A stretch of DNA of 64,000 nt, taken from NCBI RefSeq assembly GCF_006345805.1, contig NC_043019.1:3038001-3102000 (forward strand), read 5' to 3'. The position numbers and the translations under genes were made by a program. The notes under the pieces are model-generated. The model was given only the letters and a program-made list of their open reading frames with translations, ran no database searches and had not been told where the DNA came from. Positions 27,181-40,512 of this stretch are shown here, one piece after another; the first letter of the stretch is position 1, and every line of letters begins with the position of its first letter. This stretch comes from Octopus sinensis (taxonomy: Eukaryota).

Positions 27181-28398
27181 TGAAAAAGATAACTTTCAAA
27201 TTACTAAATGCAAAGTATAAAGCTACTGATAAGCTGGCAATAAAATAAACTGAAAACTAATAAGGTACCTTAGACAATAAGCTATGATTTATACTATTAC
27301 AGTACATCTGTATGCTGTAATATATAACAATAGCATCAGCTCAGAACCAAAAAGAAACTTGGCTGTTAATATAGAAGCCTTTGTGACAAGAACCATAATA
27401 TAGTGCTACTTATTAAACTCATGATCTCCTGTTTTCTTTGCCATAATACACACCTTCAGTATCTTCAATACTAATATTTATTTATATACATTTATGAATC
27501 CAAATTCTCATAAGATAAATTATGTTACCTCAGTTACTTAATAAAGACATACAACAGTATGTAGCTACTAAGAAACTACATATGTACATAATTGAAAATA
27601 CAAAACGATGTGCACACTACATCACAAAATGTATTGAAACCACTTTGTTATGAAAACAGACCACTGTCATCACTATTTCTAATATTTCTTGTCCACACAA
27701 GTCTATGATTGTATGACAAATAATTATGTTTTATTAATTTCCAAGTGTAACATACTCTCAGCTGCTGGGTTAAAAGATTTAGTGATCAATATCAAACACT
27801 GATATCTTATATATGATTGTTTCATTTGAAGAATTTTTGTGGTGATAAAGTTTTATAACTCTAATTGTTATTTTAGAATACAACACATGCCTTAATATTT
27901 ATTTGCATTTCATCCAGTGAATATATTTTTTAATTTAATTGCATCACTCTTCCCTCACAGAAGTCCTCAAAATATGGCACATATGTACTTAGTGCTTCAA
28001 TGATAATCTCATTAGTCATTCAAATCAAATACACCAATACTGTTTGAACAATAAGTCATATTAGGAAAAAATCTTCTATTATGTACACATTGCATTATAT
28101 ATAAGTACTTAAAGTAATATGTGAGAAATGTTATGTAAATATTTCTATTAATTTTGTATTATTAGAATTACTAAAGTATACTTCATCACAGACCAATTAT
28201 ATTTGCTAATATCATTAGCTACAACTTTTAATTAATAAGTTACAATAACGTTGTAATAATAATATTGATAATATATATGCCCATACTGGAATAAAGCATA
28301 AACATTAGATGATATTGTGCAGGTAAGTACTCTCAAGTAAAATAGTGATCAAGGTTAGAGAATTATTAGCTACATACTCATCAGACACTAATTCTTAC

Positions 28399-28437
28399 CA
28401 GTTGTTTTTTCCACAGGTATAACAGGTGGAGGTGCAG
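28399..28437 (-). CDS. Microexon type A, 39 nt, AAPPPVIPVEKTT
   Basis: ctttaacag acceptor, gtaag donor; synonymous CCC>CCA. Confidence 0.85.
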
Positions 28438-28656
28438 CTGTTAAAGATATAGTTTCTTATATGTGAGATACCATTTGAAATCATTAGTCATAGGTTTATG
28501 TATTAATTAGTATAAAAATATATCGATTTTTTTTTGTTTAACTAATATCATGGAAAAAATATAACTTGATAATGCATGGTTTAAGTAAATTTTAGTAAGG
28601 ATTTCAAAAAATATATTAAAATAAAAAATGATTTAATTCGGTTCATAAAAAATATC

Positions 28657-28719
<63 letters not shown>

Positions 28720-28738
28720 ATATATTATATATATATTT

Positions 28739-28774
<36 letters not shown>

Positions 28775-28940
28775 TATACATATATTTTATATATATATAT
28801 TTTATGCATATATTTTATATATATATATTTTATACATATATTTTATATATATATATTTTATACATATATTTTATATATATATATTTTATACATATATTTT
28901 ATACATATATATTTTATACATATATATATATATATATATA
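28657..28940. repeat. (TA)n-derived minisatellite with tatattttata units
   Basis: Seen directly; expands the intron between a B and an A exon. Confidence 0.95.
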
Positions 28941-29013
28941 CTAAGTTGTGAGATATGGGACATATATAATTTAATTTGTTTAGTTGTTATGTATTTAAGC
29001 ACTAAATTCTTAC

Positions 29014-29052
29014 CAGTTGTTAATTCCGCAAGTTTATCTGGAGCTGGAGCAG
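29014..29052 (-). CDS. Microexon type B, 39 nt, AAPAPDKLAELTT
   Basis: ttttcatag acceptor, gtaag donor; diverged. Confidence 0.72.
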
Positions 29053-31481
29053 CTATGAAAACGATATAAAATATGAGTTCACTGACAAAATAACATCACA
29101 TTGCCTCAGAACATCTGGTGATTGGGTATAACACATGTTACTAATTTTATGCAGAATTAATTGAGAAAACTTTCACCAATGTTTTTAGTTTAACATACAT
29201 TGAGATGTGGCAATGATGTGCAGATCGATCATGTAGGTGTTTTGTGGTTCAGCTTTTCTTTCAAGACATGATAAATGAGAAATAATTTAGATATGTCACT
29301 AATGTAATAAATATTGTTAAATACTTTTGATATTGAATTTAATTGCTCAATTTGTATCAGCTGACACTAAATATTTTACAGTCTATAATATTAGGTAACT
29401 GGATTAATGATACATCATAGTTTAGAATGATTAGAAGTGGATTATTTGGAGGCTAGATATTATGAGGATTGTGACACTGGTGATTCAATACAGTCTGATC
29501 ATAAATTAATGGTATATTTTTTCTATGTAAATATGTAAAACCTGAAACAAATGAGATGATGATATAATGTGATGAGATAAAGAAATTTAATAATAAGGAC
29601 TAATTGAATTGAGAATTTTCTGAAGGTTAACAGACATCAAGACAATTCATATTGCAATAAAGCCGATGCAATACTATGTAACAAATGTGAGGATTATTTA
29701 TACCAAACCTGTGAAAATATTGCGATAGCAATCAGGTATTGCCAGAAAGTTATATTAATTTCATTATGTTATTGTAGGATAAATGACTAGAAAATAGGTA
29801 AATGGTTACAAAATATCATTAAATTATAGCGTTTGTGTCAAAGACCATATCTTTTGCAGCAACATGCTTATTTAATATTGAGTCAATATATAACTATAGC
29901 TCATAATCATTCTAAAACACTGACAAATTCAAAAATTTAAAGTATATTAACCTGAATTTAAATTGTAATTATGTTTTATTAACTTCCAAGTATAACATAC
30001 TAAACATTCAGGTGCTCAAAAAATTTAGTGATCAAAATTGAACAGTGATATCTTATATATGATTGTTTTTATTTGAAGAATTTTTGTGGATGTGATAATA
30101 AAGTTTTATGATAACTATGATTGTTATTTCAGAATATGACATGTCTTAATATTTATTTGCATTTTATCCAGTGAATATACTCTCAAACTGAATTATCTTT
30201 CACTACTGAAACTCAAATAAGTGAGTCCAATGTGTGCTGTATGACAAACCCAGAGAATTAATAATTCTGGCAAAAACTTTGATGACCATAAACACAGTTA
30301 CATGAGCTGTATCAGTAAGATGAATGCACACCTGAGCACTATATCAGAGATTATATTTTATTATTTTAACATGAATAAGATATGAAATAAGTATTTCACT
30401 TCAGTAAAGGCTGTAAGTATATTGCTACTTTACTTTCAAATTACTAAACTCAAATGTATGTAGCTACTAACAAGCTACCAATATTGTAAGCTACTAAAAA
30501 TAATAAGATAGCATTTATAATTTTACAGTTCAGCTATAACTGCCTATGGTGAATTTTACAAAACAATAGTATGTGCTGTGAACCAACAAAACCAGCCATT
30601 GATACACAAGACTTTGTGACAACAATTACAATTGTTTATTTAACATTAAATAAACTGATCATCTCCTATTTTCTCAACTATAACAAGCACCTTCAGTGTC
30701 TTCAATATCACTATCTTTATATACATTTATATACACAGTACACACACATTAAGATAAGGAATGTTGGCTTAGTTATATAATAGGGGCATCTGATAATACA
30801 ATGTTGCTTAGAAAATACACATGAGCATGTTAGTATTATGTGTATAGATATGGATTACAATAACATTTTGGAAACTGGAAATTTTTTTCCTGTTATTATT
30901 TCTAATATTTCCTATAGCATATATTCGAATAAGCCTATCATAGCATCACAAATATGGAACAATGTCATTATGCAATGGGTTTGTACCAACAAATCAACAG
31001 TGTTTAGAAACATATCTCAAATTATTTAGAACTACGTATAAAGTGTTGTGTTGATAATATATCATTTTTTAAACAAATCACATACTGTACATTTACTGAG
31101 TGATGACGGAAGTATAACAACAGTAATATAGACATGAATACTGATATAATATAAGTGATATTAACATCTTAATTTTAGGTTGTGCTCCAAATATAATTAT
31201 AATAATGCATGAAATATGTTAGGCAAATATTTCTGTAATTTCCCTGTCATTAGAATTACAAAAGTATAGCACATAGTAGACCAAACAAACTTGCTACTGT
31301 CATTAATTATAATATTTCCTTAATTATTTAAAACAATGTCTTAATAATAATATTCAGATTATATATGTGCATATTGCAATAAAACATACACATTAGATAT
31401 TGTGCAGGAAAGTACTCTCAAATAAAATAGTGATCATGGTTAGAATTATTAGCTGCATACTAATCAGATACTAATTCTTAC

Positions 31482-31520
31482 CAGTAGTTTTTTCCACGGG
31501 TATAACAGGGGGAGGTGCAG
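31482..31520 (-). CDS. Microexon type A, 39 nt, AAPPPVIPVEKTT
   Basis: ttttaacag acceptor, gtaag donor; only synonymous differences from other A copies. Confidence 0.85.
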
Positions 31521-31857
31521 CTGTTAAAAATATAGTTTCTTATATGTGAGATAGCATTTTAAATCATCAGATATAGGCTTACAAACTAATTAGTATAAAT
31601 AATAATTTGCATTTTTAAAAACTGATATTATACAAAGATATGATTTAGTCATGCATGATTTAAGGATGTTTGTCTAATGAAATAATAAAAAAATAATAGA
31701 ATAAAGATGCTTTTAATTTCAGTAAAAATAATATAATACATATATTTCACCATATCATAATACCTATTATATTTTAGGGTTATTTTATAATATAAATGTG
31801 ATATATATCATTAAATGTTATATTTAATTCCTATTTATTTGAGCACTAAATTCTTAC

Positions 31858-31896
31858 CAGTTGTTAATTCCACAGGTTTAACTGGTGCTGCAGGAG
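31858..31896 (-). CDS. Microexon type B, 39 nt, APAAPVKPVELTT
   Basis: tttacatag acceptor, gtaag donor. Confidence 0.85.
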
Positions 31897-33784
31897 CTAT
31901 GTAAATGATATGAAATAAGTGAGTTCACTGACATAATAACATCACATTACTTAAGAATAACTAATATGAGTATAACATATTTGTTATTAATTTTATGGAG
32001 AATTTATTAATAAATTTTGATCAATATGTGTACTTTAAGATATACAAAGATGGAATGAGAATATGCAGATCTTATATATATTTTATGATTCGCCCTTTTC
32101 TTACATGGTATCATAAGCAATTATTTATATATGTTATAAATGTGATAAATATTGGTAAATATATAGGTTAATGAATTTAACTGCTAAATTCTTATCAACT
32201 GAAACTAATACATGTTTAATAGGTAACTGGAAAACTAAATATTGTACAGTCCATAACATTAGGCTACTGGTTTAATGACATTATTATTAGTTTAGAATAA
32301 TTTAAAAAATGTTTTTTTAAGGTTAAATATTGCAAGAATTATGACATAACGCAATCTGATCAAAGATTAAAAGAGTGCTTCTTTCTGTGTGAACAAATAA
32401 AACAAATAATGAATGAGGTGATAAAATGTGATAAAATGAAGAAAATTTATAATAAGGATTAAAGGATTAAGAATAAAGAATTTTCTGGTGGTTAATATAC
32501 TTCAAGACAATACAATGTTACAAACATAATAACTATTTATAACAAACCTCTGAAATATCAAAGTAAGCATCATTTTTATTCAGACAATTGTATTGTATTC
32601 GCTATATCACAGCTGTATACAGTTACAAATTGTAAAAATTTCAGCATATAAAGCAATAAATCTGAGCAGAGTATATGTATTGTATGACAAACTCAGTGAA
32701 CCACTAAAAGATAGCACATTGTTGTGAAATTCGTGATAAGCAGAAACAAAGAGTTATACGAACTGTATCACTTAGTTGAAGGAATGCTTAATTGGGAATT
32801 ATATCTTATAACCTTAAAATGAATCAGAGAAAAAACTTCTATAACCATATAAGTGGTAGTGTATATCTTCTAAAATTTAAAAGGCATACATTCAAAATAA
32901 TTGCTGAAAATAATAAGCTATCATTTATGATTTTACAGTATAGTTACCATCAGCTATAGTAAATTATACAACACAATAATATCTGCTTGGAGCCAAGAAA
33001 CTTATCATTGATGCAGAAGTTTTTGTAACAAAAGTCACAATCACAATGTAGTGCTTGTAACATGAAATAAAATGAAGACCTGTTTTCTTCACCATATCTT
33101 CAACAACACAATATTTATACACAGTTATGTATATAAATCCTCATAGATATATTATGTTAGCTGAGTTACTTAATAAAGATATATAACAGTATAATGCTGC
33201 ATAGAAATATACATATGGACATAACTGCAGAATAGACCACTGTCTATTTTCATCACTAGTCATAATACCTCCTATACTATACATGTCTATATAAGCCTAT
33301 GAGTGTTCTTAGCAGCATTCCTCAAAATATAAAATATGTAAATAGAGACGTGTTGATATCACATTATTTCATCAAGTAACATATTTTTACATTAAATGAC
33401 TGAAGACACATACATAAACTAAAAAATATATATGTGAATACTGACATACAATAAATGATACGTAGAAAGAACCTCTTGTTATATTTAAATTGAGCTACAA
33501 AAGCATACAAGACAATATGTGAAATACAGTATGCAGATATTTCTGTAATAGTCTTATCATTAGAGTTAATAGAGTATCACAGACCAATTATATTTGCTAG
33601 CATCATGAATTAGATATTTTTAAAATTATTTATAACAATGTTTTAACAAAGATACTGAGAATATATATGTGCATATTGGAATAAAACATACACATTAGGT
33701 ATTGTGCAGGAAAAAAACTGTCAAGTAAAATAGTGATCATAGTTAGAATCGTTAGCTATAAAATCATTAGATACTAATTCTTAC

Positions 33785-33823
33785 CAGTAGTTTTTGCCAT
33801 CAGTGTAACAGGGGGAGGTGCAG
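33785..33823 (-). CDS. Microexon type A, 39 nt, diverged, AAPPPVTLMAKTT
   Basis: Splice sites intact; four clustered amino-acid changes. Confidence 0.65.
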
Positions 33824-34131
33824 CTGTTAAAAATATTTTTTTCTTATGTGTGAGATAGCATTTGAAATTATGAGTTATATCAAAACTTACAAAGAATATT
33901 TTACTAAGATTATGGAAATAATTTAAGTTCTTCATGCATGATTCAAGTTCATTTTTCTAATGAAATTGAAAATATACATTAGAATAGATAATTTTTTAAT
34001 TTCAGTGCGGAAATAATTTGATGTGTATATTACAGCATTTTATGATATTATATCATATAGTATATATGGGCTGTATACCATTTATTGTCATAGTTAGTTC
34101 CCATTTATTTATTTAAGCGCTTTATTCTTAC

Positions 34132-34169
34132 TGTAGTTATTTCCATAGGTTTAATTAGAACTGCAAGAG
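34132..34169 (-). pseudogene. Type B pseudo-exon, 38 nt (frameshifting), ALAVLIKPMEITT-like
   Basis: AG and GTAAG retained but 1 nt short, with several non-synonymous changes. Confidence 0.75.
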
Positions 34170-35974
34170 CTATGAAAATGATATGAAATAAGTGAGTTCA
34201 CTGACATAACATCATAGTTTCTTAGATTAACTGCAGACTAAGTATAAAATATGTTACTAATTTTACACAGAATTTATGTAAAAGATTTTCATGAATGTTT
34301 TCAGTTTAAGATACATTGAGATGTGATGAGAATGTACAAATATTTTATGTATTTTATCGTTTGGCTTTCCATATATGGTATCATAAATGATTAATACTTT
34401 AGATACACTGTGGTAAATAGTGTTAAATATATTTGATACAGAATTTAATGGTTGAATTCTTATCAGCTGGTACTGACACATCTTTGACAGATAACAGTGA
34501 AACTGCAAATAATTCACAGTCTGTAATGTTAGGTTATGAACTTAATAATACATCATTAGTTTCAAATAATTTGGAAACAAATATTATGGGAATTACGACA
34601 TTACTGATTCAATATAGACAGATCACAGATTAAAAGAAAACTTCCTCCTATGTAAATATGCAAAACAGGTAATGAATAAGATCATATAATGTGATGAGAT
34701 GTAGAAAATTAATAATAAGGATGAATTAAATAAAGAATCTTCTGCTGGTTAACATACTTGAAGTTAATTCATGTTGCAATAAAATCAATTTATTACAAAG
34801 TAAGTAATATAATGGTTATTTACAGCAAACCTCTGAAAATATCAGAGATAATTTTTATGCAGACAATTGTATTATGTTCATTATTTCAATGTATAACTGA
34901 CTAGTATTTAGGTAAATAGTTAAAAAGTATAATAATTTAAATATATCTGTTTAAATTATAGCATTTGTGTCAGAAGTCATATCTTCTATAGCTACTCATT
35001 AATTCATTATTGAACCAACATGTTATAGAAGATACGACTTCTGACACAAACTGATATCTTGTGAAATATAAAAATACATCAGCCTGAAATTAAATTCTAA
35101 TTGTCAGTGTGTTGTTAATTTCCAAGTATATTGCATTCAACCTTGGAGTGCTTAGTTAGAAAAATTAGTGATCTGAAATGAATATTTATTTTATACAAAA
35201 TCATCATTTTTGGATAAAGAAATTTTGAGGTTGTGATAACTTTTTAGGCTAAACTATAATTATTATTTTAGAACATGTCACATGTGTTAATATGTATTTG
35301 CATTTTGAGTGAATATTCTCTTGAAATGAAGTATCCTTCACTATTGAAATTGAAAATAACTGAGTCCAATGTATGTTTTATATGAGAAGCTCAGGGATTC
35401 CAGGTACAGGCTGTTGTGAAAAGTTTGATGCATATGAACAAAGAATTATGTGAGCTGTATCTGTTAACTGAAGGTACACCTGACCACTTGACTGGAAATC
35501 AGGGGTTATTTAACATGAACCAGAAGGGGAAAAATTCACTTTCAGCAAAGTGAATAAGTCTATTGCTACTTAACATTAAAATTACTAAATTCAAATGTAT
35601 TAAACCAGCAATAAAATAAACTCAAAGCTAATATGTTACCAAAAATAATAAGCTATCATTTATAATTTTACAGTGCAGCTACAACCAGATGTGTTAAATT
35701 ATACAACACAATACTATCAGCTCAGAACCAGAAAACTTGGTTGTTGATACAAAAGTCTTCGTGAAAACAATCAGGATGCATGTTTGTAACATTAAATAAA
35801 CTGAAGGCCTCTATTTCCTTTACCATAACACAAGCCTTCAATATCTACAAAAAGATAGTATTTGTATACATTTATGTATCCAAATTCTCAGAGATAAAGT
35901 ATGTTACCTTAATTACTTAATAAAGACATATGACAGTAAGACACTACTTTGAAATATACATATAGACATAACTG

Positions 35975-36185
35975 ATTTCAAATTTTAGCACAAGAACTGC
36001 AATTTCAGAGGAGGGGTAAGTTGATTATATCAATCCCAGTGCTCATCTAGTACTTAATTTATTGACCCCATAAAGATGAAAAGCAAAGTTGACTTCTGTG
36101 GAATTTGAACACAGAACATGGGGACAGGTGAAATGCCACTAAGCATTTTGCTCAGCATGCTCAAGATTCTGCTAGGTCATTGCCT
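35975..36185 (-). mobile_element. SINE, family 2, with imperfect TSD
   Basis: tacatatagacataactg / tacatatggacataattg flanks. Confidence 0.85.
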
Positions 36186-36478
36186 TACATATGGACATAA
36201 TTGGCAAACTAAAATAGTATGCACATGTTACATCACTAAAATGGACTGCAACAAGTTTATTATTAAAACAGACCAGTCTATTTCTATCAATAGATTTATT
36301 TCCTATAATATAAGTGTATTACTGCACCAAAATATGTAACAATTTCATCACTGTTCTTAGTAGCATCCCTCAAAATAGGACAAATATGTACTTAGTGCTG
36401 TGGTGATAATCTCATTAGTTAATCATGCCACAAATGTTACATAAATTAACTTATATATATACATATATGTGTGTGTGA

Positions 36479-36526
<48 letters not shown>

Positions 36527-37048
36527 TGTGTGTGTGCGTGTGTATGAGCTGTATATATATATTATCCATAATAATAAAGGGTAAAATTAATTAATAATTC
36601 CACCAAGTAGCATTCGGCATGTTAAAAGGACCATTTACGGTAAACTTAAACAATATTTTTTATAATTATACTCATATATACATATATATATATATATATG
36701 AATACTGACATGTAATAAATGATATTAAGAAAGAGTCTCTGTTACAAATAATTTGTGTTATAAAGGAATTTAAAATAATGTATGAGAAATGTTATGTAAA
36801 TATTTGTTATTTTCATACTCTCAGAATTACCAAAGTATACATCATCACAAACACTTAATATTTGCTATCATTAGCTAGAGCACTGATTCAATTATTTATA
36901 AGAATATGTCTGAATAATGATATACAAAATATATGTGTATATTGGAAAAAAACAACTCATACATTAGATATTGTGCAGGGAAGTATTGTCAAGTAAAATA
37001 GTAATTATAGTTAGAATTATTAGCTACATATCAGATACTAATTCTTAC

Positions 37049-37072
37049 CAGGTATAACAGGGGGAAATGTAG
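37049..37072 (-). CDS. Microexon type A with in-frame 15-nt deletion, 24 nt, ATFPPVIP
   Basis: ttttaacag|CTACATTTCCCCCTGTTATACCTG|gtaag. Confidence 0.6.
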
Positions 37073-37404
37073 CTGTTAAAAATATTTTTTCTTATGAGAT
37101 GGCATTTGGAATAACAAGTTATAGGTTTACATATCAAGTCTTATAAAGAATATTTTGCTTTTTGAACTATTACTACAGGAAAAAATGTAACTGATTTATT
37201 CATGATTTAAGTATTTTTTTCCTATGAAGTCATAAAAAATGTAAGAATAAAGAGTCTTTTAATTTCTGTGCAGAAATAATTTGACATGTATAATACACCA
37301 TATCATGATAGTTATTATGTTGTAGGACAACACACAGTATATATAGGATGTATATCATTAAATGTAATGTTTATTTCCTATTTATTTAAGCATTAAATTC
37401 TTAT

Positions 37405-37443
37405 CAGTTGTTAATTCCACAGGATTAACTAGAGCTGGAGGAG
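37405..37443 (-). pseudogene. Type B pseudo-exon (APPALVNPVELTT), donor GT mutated to AT
   Basis: + strand cttat instead of cttac; two non-synonymous changes from the B consensus. Confidence 0.8.
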
Positions 37444-39793
37444 CTATGCAAATGATATGAAACAAGTGAGTTCACTGACACAATAACATCAAAGCCCACA
37501 GAATAACTGGAGACTAAGTATATGTTACTAATTTTATGCAGAATTTATTTATAAAATTTTCAATATTCTCAGTTCAAGATATATTGAGATGTGATGTGAA
37601 TGTACAGAAGTTTTATGTATTTTATGATTTGGCTTTTCATATATGGTATCATAAGTGAGTAATAATTTAAGTATGATATAAATATTGCAAATATTGGCAA
37701 ATATATATGTTAATGAATTTAAATGATGAATTCTTATCAACTGAGATAGATAGATTTTTAATAGGTAACTGTAAAACTGAATATTGTAGTCTGTTATGTT
37801 AGGCAACTGGTTTATTGAATCATCATTTGTCTAGAATTAGAAAAAGAGGATTATTTTGGGGCTAAATATTACATGAATGACATTGATGACTCAATACAGT
37901 CTAATCCTAGATTAAAAGAATACTTTTTCTAATGTAAACATGTAAAAGTGATAATGAATAAGGAGATGGTATAATGTGATGAGACAAAGAAAATTTATAG
38001 CAAGGACAAATTGAATCAAGAATCATCTGGTGGTTAATGAACTTGACAATTCATATTTACAATAAAATCAGTTAATACAGTATAACAAATATGATTATTT
38101 ACAGCAAACCTCTGAAATTATTGAGATAAACATCATCTTTATTCAGAAAATTGTATTATGTGCATTATGTGACAGAAGTGTAACTGACTAGGAATTAGGT
38201 AAATGGTTAAAAAATATAATTTAAACATATATCTGTAGATTTGTATCAGAAATCATGCCTTTTATTATTACAGATTGGTTCAATATTGAATCAATATGTA
38301 GCTATAAATGATAAGCATTCTGACACAAACTGATATTTTAGGAAATGTAAACATATATTTTCCTGAAGTTATATTGCAATTGTGTGTTATTAATTTCCAA
38401 GTGTAACATGCTAAACTTTCATGTGAATCATTAGAATAGTTAGTGATCTGAATTGAACATTGATATTCTATATAAAACTGTTTTTAGTTAAAGAAATTTT
38501 GAAGTTATGATGATAAAGTTTAATGTATGATAGTTATAATTGTTATCTAAGAATATATCTCCTGTATTCATATGTATTTGTACTTTCATCTAGTGTATAT
38601 GTTATTCAACTTAACTATCCTTCACTATTGAGAGTAATATAACAGTTGACTATATGTACTGTATGACAAACTGGATCACTAATACCAGGTATAAGCTGGT
38701 GAGAAATTTGCAATGATCATAAACAAAGAGTTATACAAGCTGTATCAATCAGTTGAAGGTACACCTAACCACCTGATCGGAAATTATATCATTAATTTAA
38801 AATGAATCAAATATGAAAAAAAAAATTTAATTTCAGGAAATGCTGTTTAGCATTGCTTCTAAAGTTTCATATTAATAAATTGAAAAGTATTAAGATACTA
38901 ATAAGCTACCAAGATAGAAAACTTGAAACTTATAAGTCACCAGAGATAAGCTATCATTCATAATTTTACAGAGCAGCTACACCAAGTTGTAGTGAATTAT
39001 ATAAAATAATCTTTACTGCTCTAGGCACAAGGCCCATGAATGATATAAAATAATATTAGCTAAGAGCCAAAAAATTTGGCTATTGATGCAGAAGTCTTTG
39101 CAACAACAATCACAATTTAGTGCTAGTAACATTCAGTCAAGTAATGACCTCCAGTTTTCTAGACCATGATATGTACCTTCAATATATTCAATATCACTAT
39201 ACTTATATACATTTATATACTCAAATTTTCTAAGATAAAGTATGTTAGTTAAGTTATATAATAATGACATGGTAAAGTATGGATTATACATTTGTATTAT
39301 AATACAATGTACACATCATACATAGCACACATACACACACATTAAAATAAATTTCAGGAAACTGAAATTTGTTTTGTCATTATTTGTAATATTTCCAATA
39401 ATACATGTTCAAATAAGTCTAAGATTGGATTGGAAATATGGAACACTTTTGTCAGGCAATGGATTTGTTCCAGAAAATTATTAGTGAACTGAGCAACATA
39501 TCTCAAACTATGAGAAATATGTGCTTATTGCTGTCTTCATAATTTCATAACTAATCAAATCACATATTTTATATTAAATAACTAAAGAGAAGAATATAAA
39601 TACAGTAATGTAATACATCGATACTGATTATACAATCAACTATATCAGGAAAGAGTCTCCAATTACATACACATTATTATAAGACAATGTGTAAGAAATA
39701 TTATGCAAATATTTCAGTTATTTTCTTGTTGTTAGAATAGCTGAAGCATACAACACTACAGACCAATTATATTTCCTAATATCATTAATTATA

Positions 39794-39936
39794 TGATGCA
39801 GCACGGAATTTTGTCAGTGAACAGGTTGCGGTCTCAAAGCAACGAAAATATTTTGGCAAATTAAATTTAAATGTTGAAGTGAATCTAATGGTTTTTGTGT
39901 GTTTCTTAAATGGCTTATAAACACCTTCCACACTGT
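39794..39936. mobile_element. 143-bp insertion carrying the hammerhead fold (probable Penelope-like terminal fragment)
   Basis: Absent from paralogous units; flanked by direct repeat attaattata at 39784-39793 and 39937-39946. Confidence 0.7.
39810..39860 (+). ncRNA. Minimal type I hammerhead-like ribozyme, G3-C8 core variant
   Basis: tttgtca-GTGAACA-g-gttgc-ggtctcaaa-gcaac-GAA-aatatt-T-tggcaaa. Confidence 0.65.
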
Positions 39937-40130
39937 ATTAATTATAAATAGTTTCTTAATTTATTTTTAATAACAATATGTCATAATAATAATAATATTC
40001 AGTATATATATATATATATATATTGGAATAAAACATACACATTAGATATTGTGCAGGAAAGTACTCTTAAGTAAAATAGTGATCATGGTTAGAGTTATTA
40101 GCTACATGTTAATCAGATACTAATTCTTAC

Positions 40131-40169
40131 CAGTAGTTTTTTCCACAGGTATAACAGGGGGAGGTGCAG
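40131..40169 (-). CDS. Microexon type A, 39 nt, AAPPPVIPVEKTT
   Basis: ttttaacag acceptor, gtaag donor. Confidence 0.85.
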
Positions 40170-40473
40170 CTGTTAAAAGTATAGTTTCTTACACGTGAGA
40201 TGGCATTTGAAATCATGAGTTATAGATTTACATATAAGGAATTTTTTAACCAATATTATGGTATAAATCTAATTTGAGCATGCATGATTTAAGTCCATTT
40301 TACAAAAGAATTCAAAAAATATATTTAAATAAAATATCTTTTAATTTTGGTACAGAAATATTATAGTTTATCAGGATGTATAATATATACAGCATATCAT
40401 ATAGTATATATATGGGATGTATATTATTTAATGTTATATTTAATTCCTATTTATTTAAGCACTAAATTCTTAC

Positions 40474-40512
40474 CAGTTGTTAATTCCATAGGTTTAACTG
40501 GAGCTGGAGGAG
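40474..40512 (-). CDS. Microexon type B, 39 nt, APPAPVKPMELTT
   Basis: ttttcatag acceptor, gtaag donor. Confidence 0.85.
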
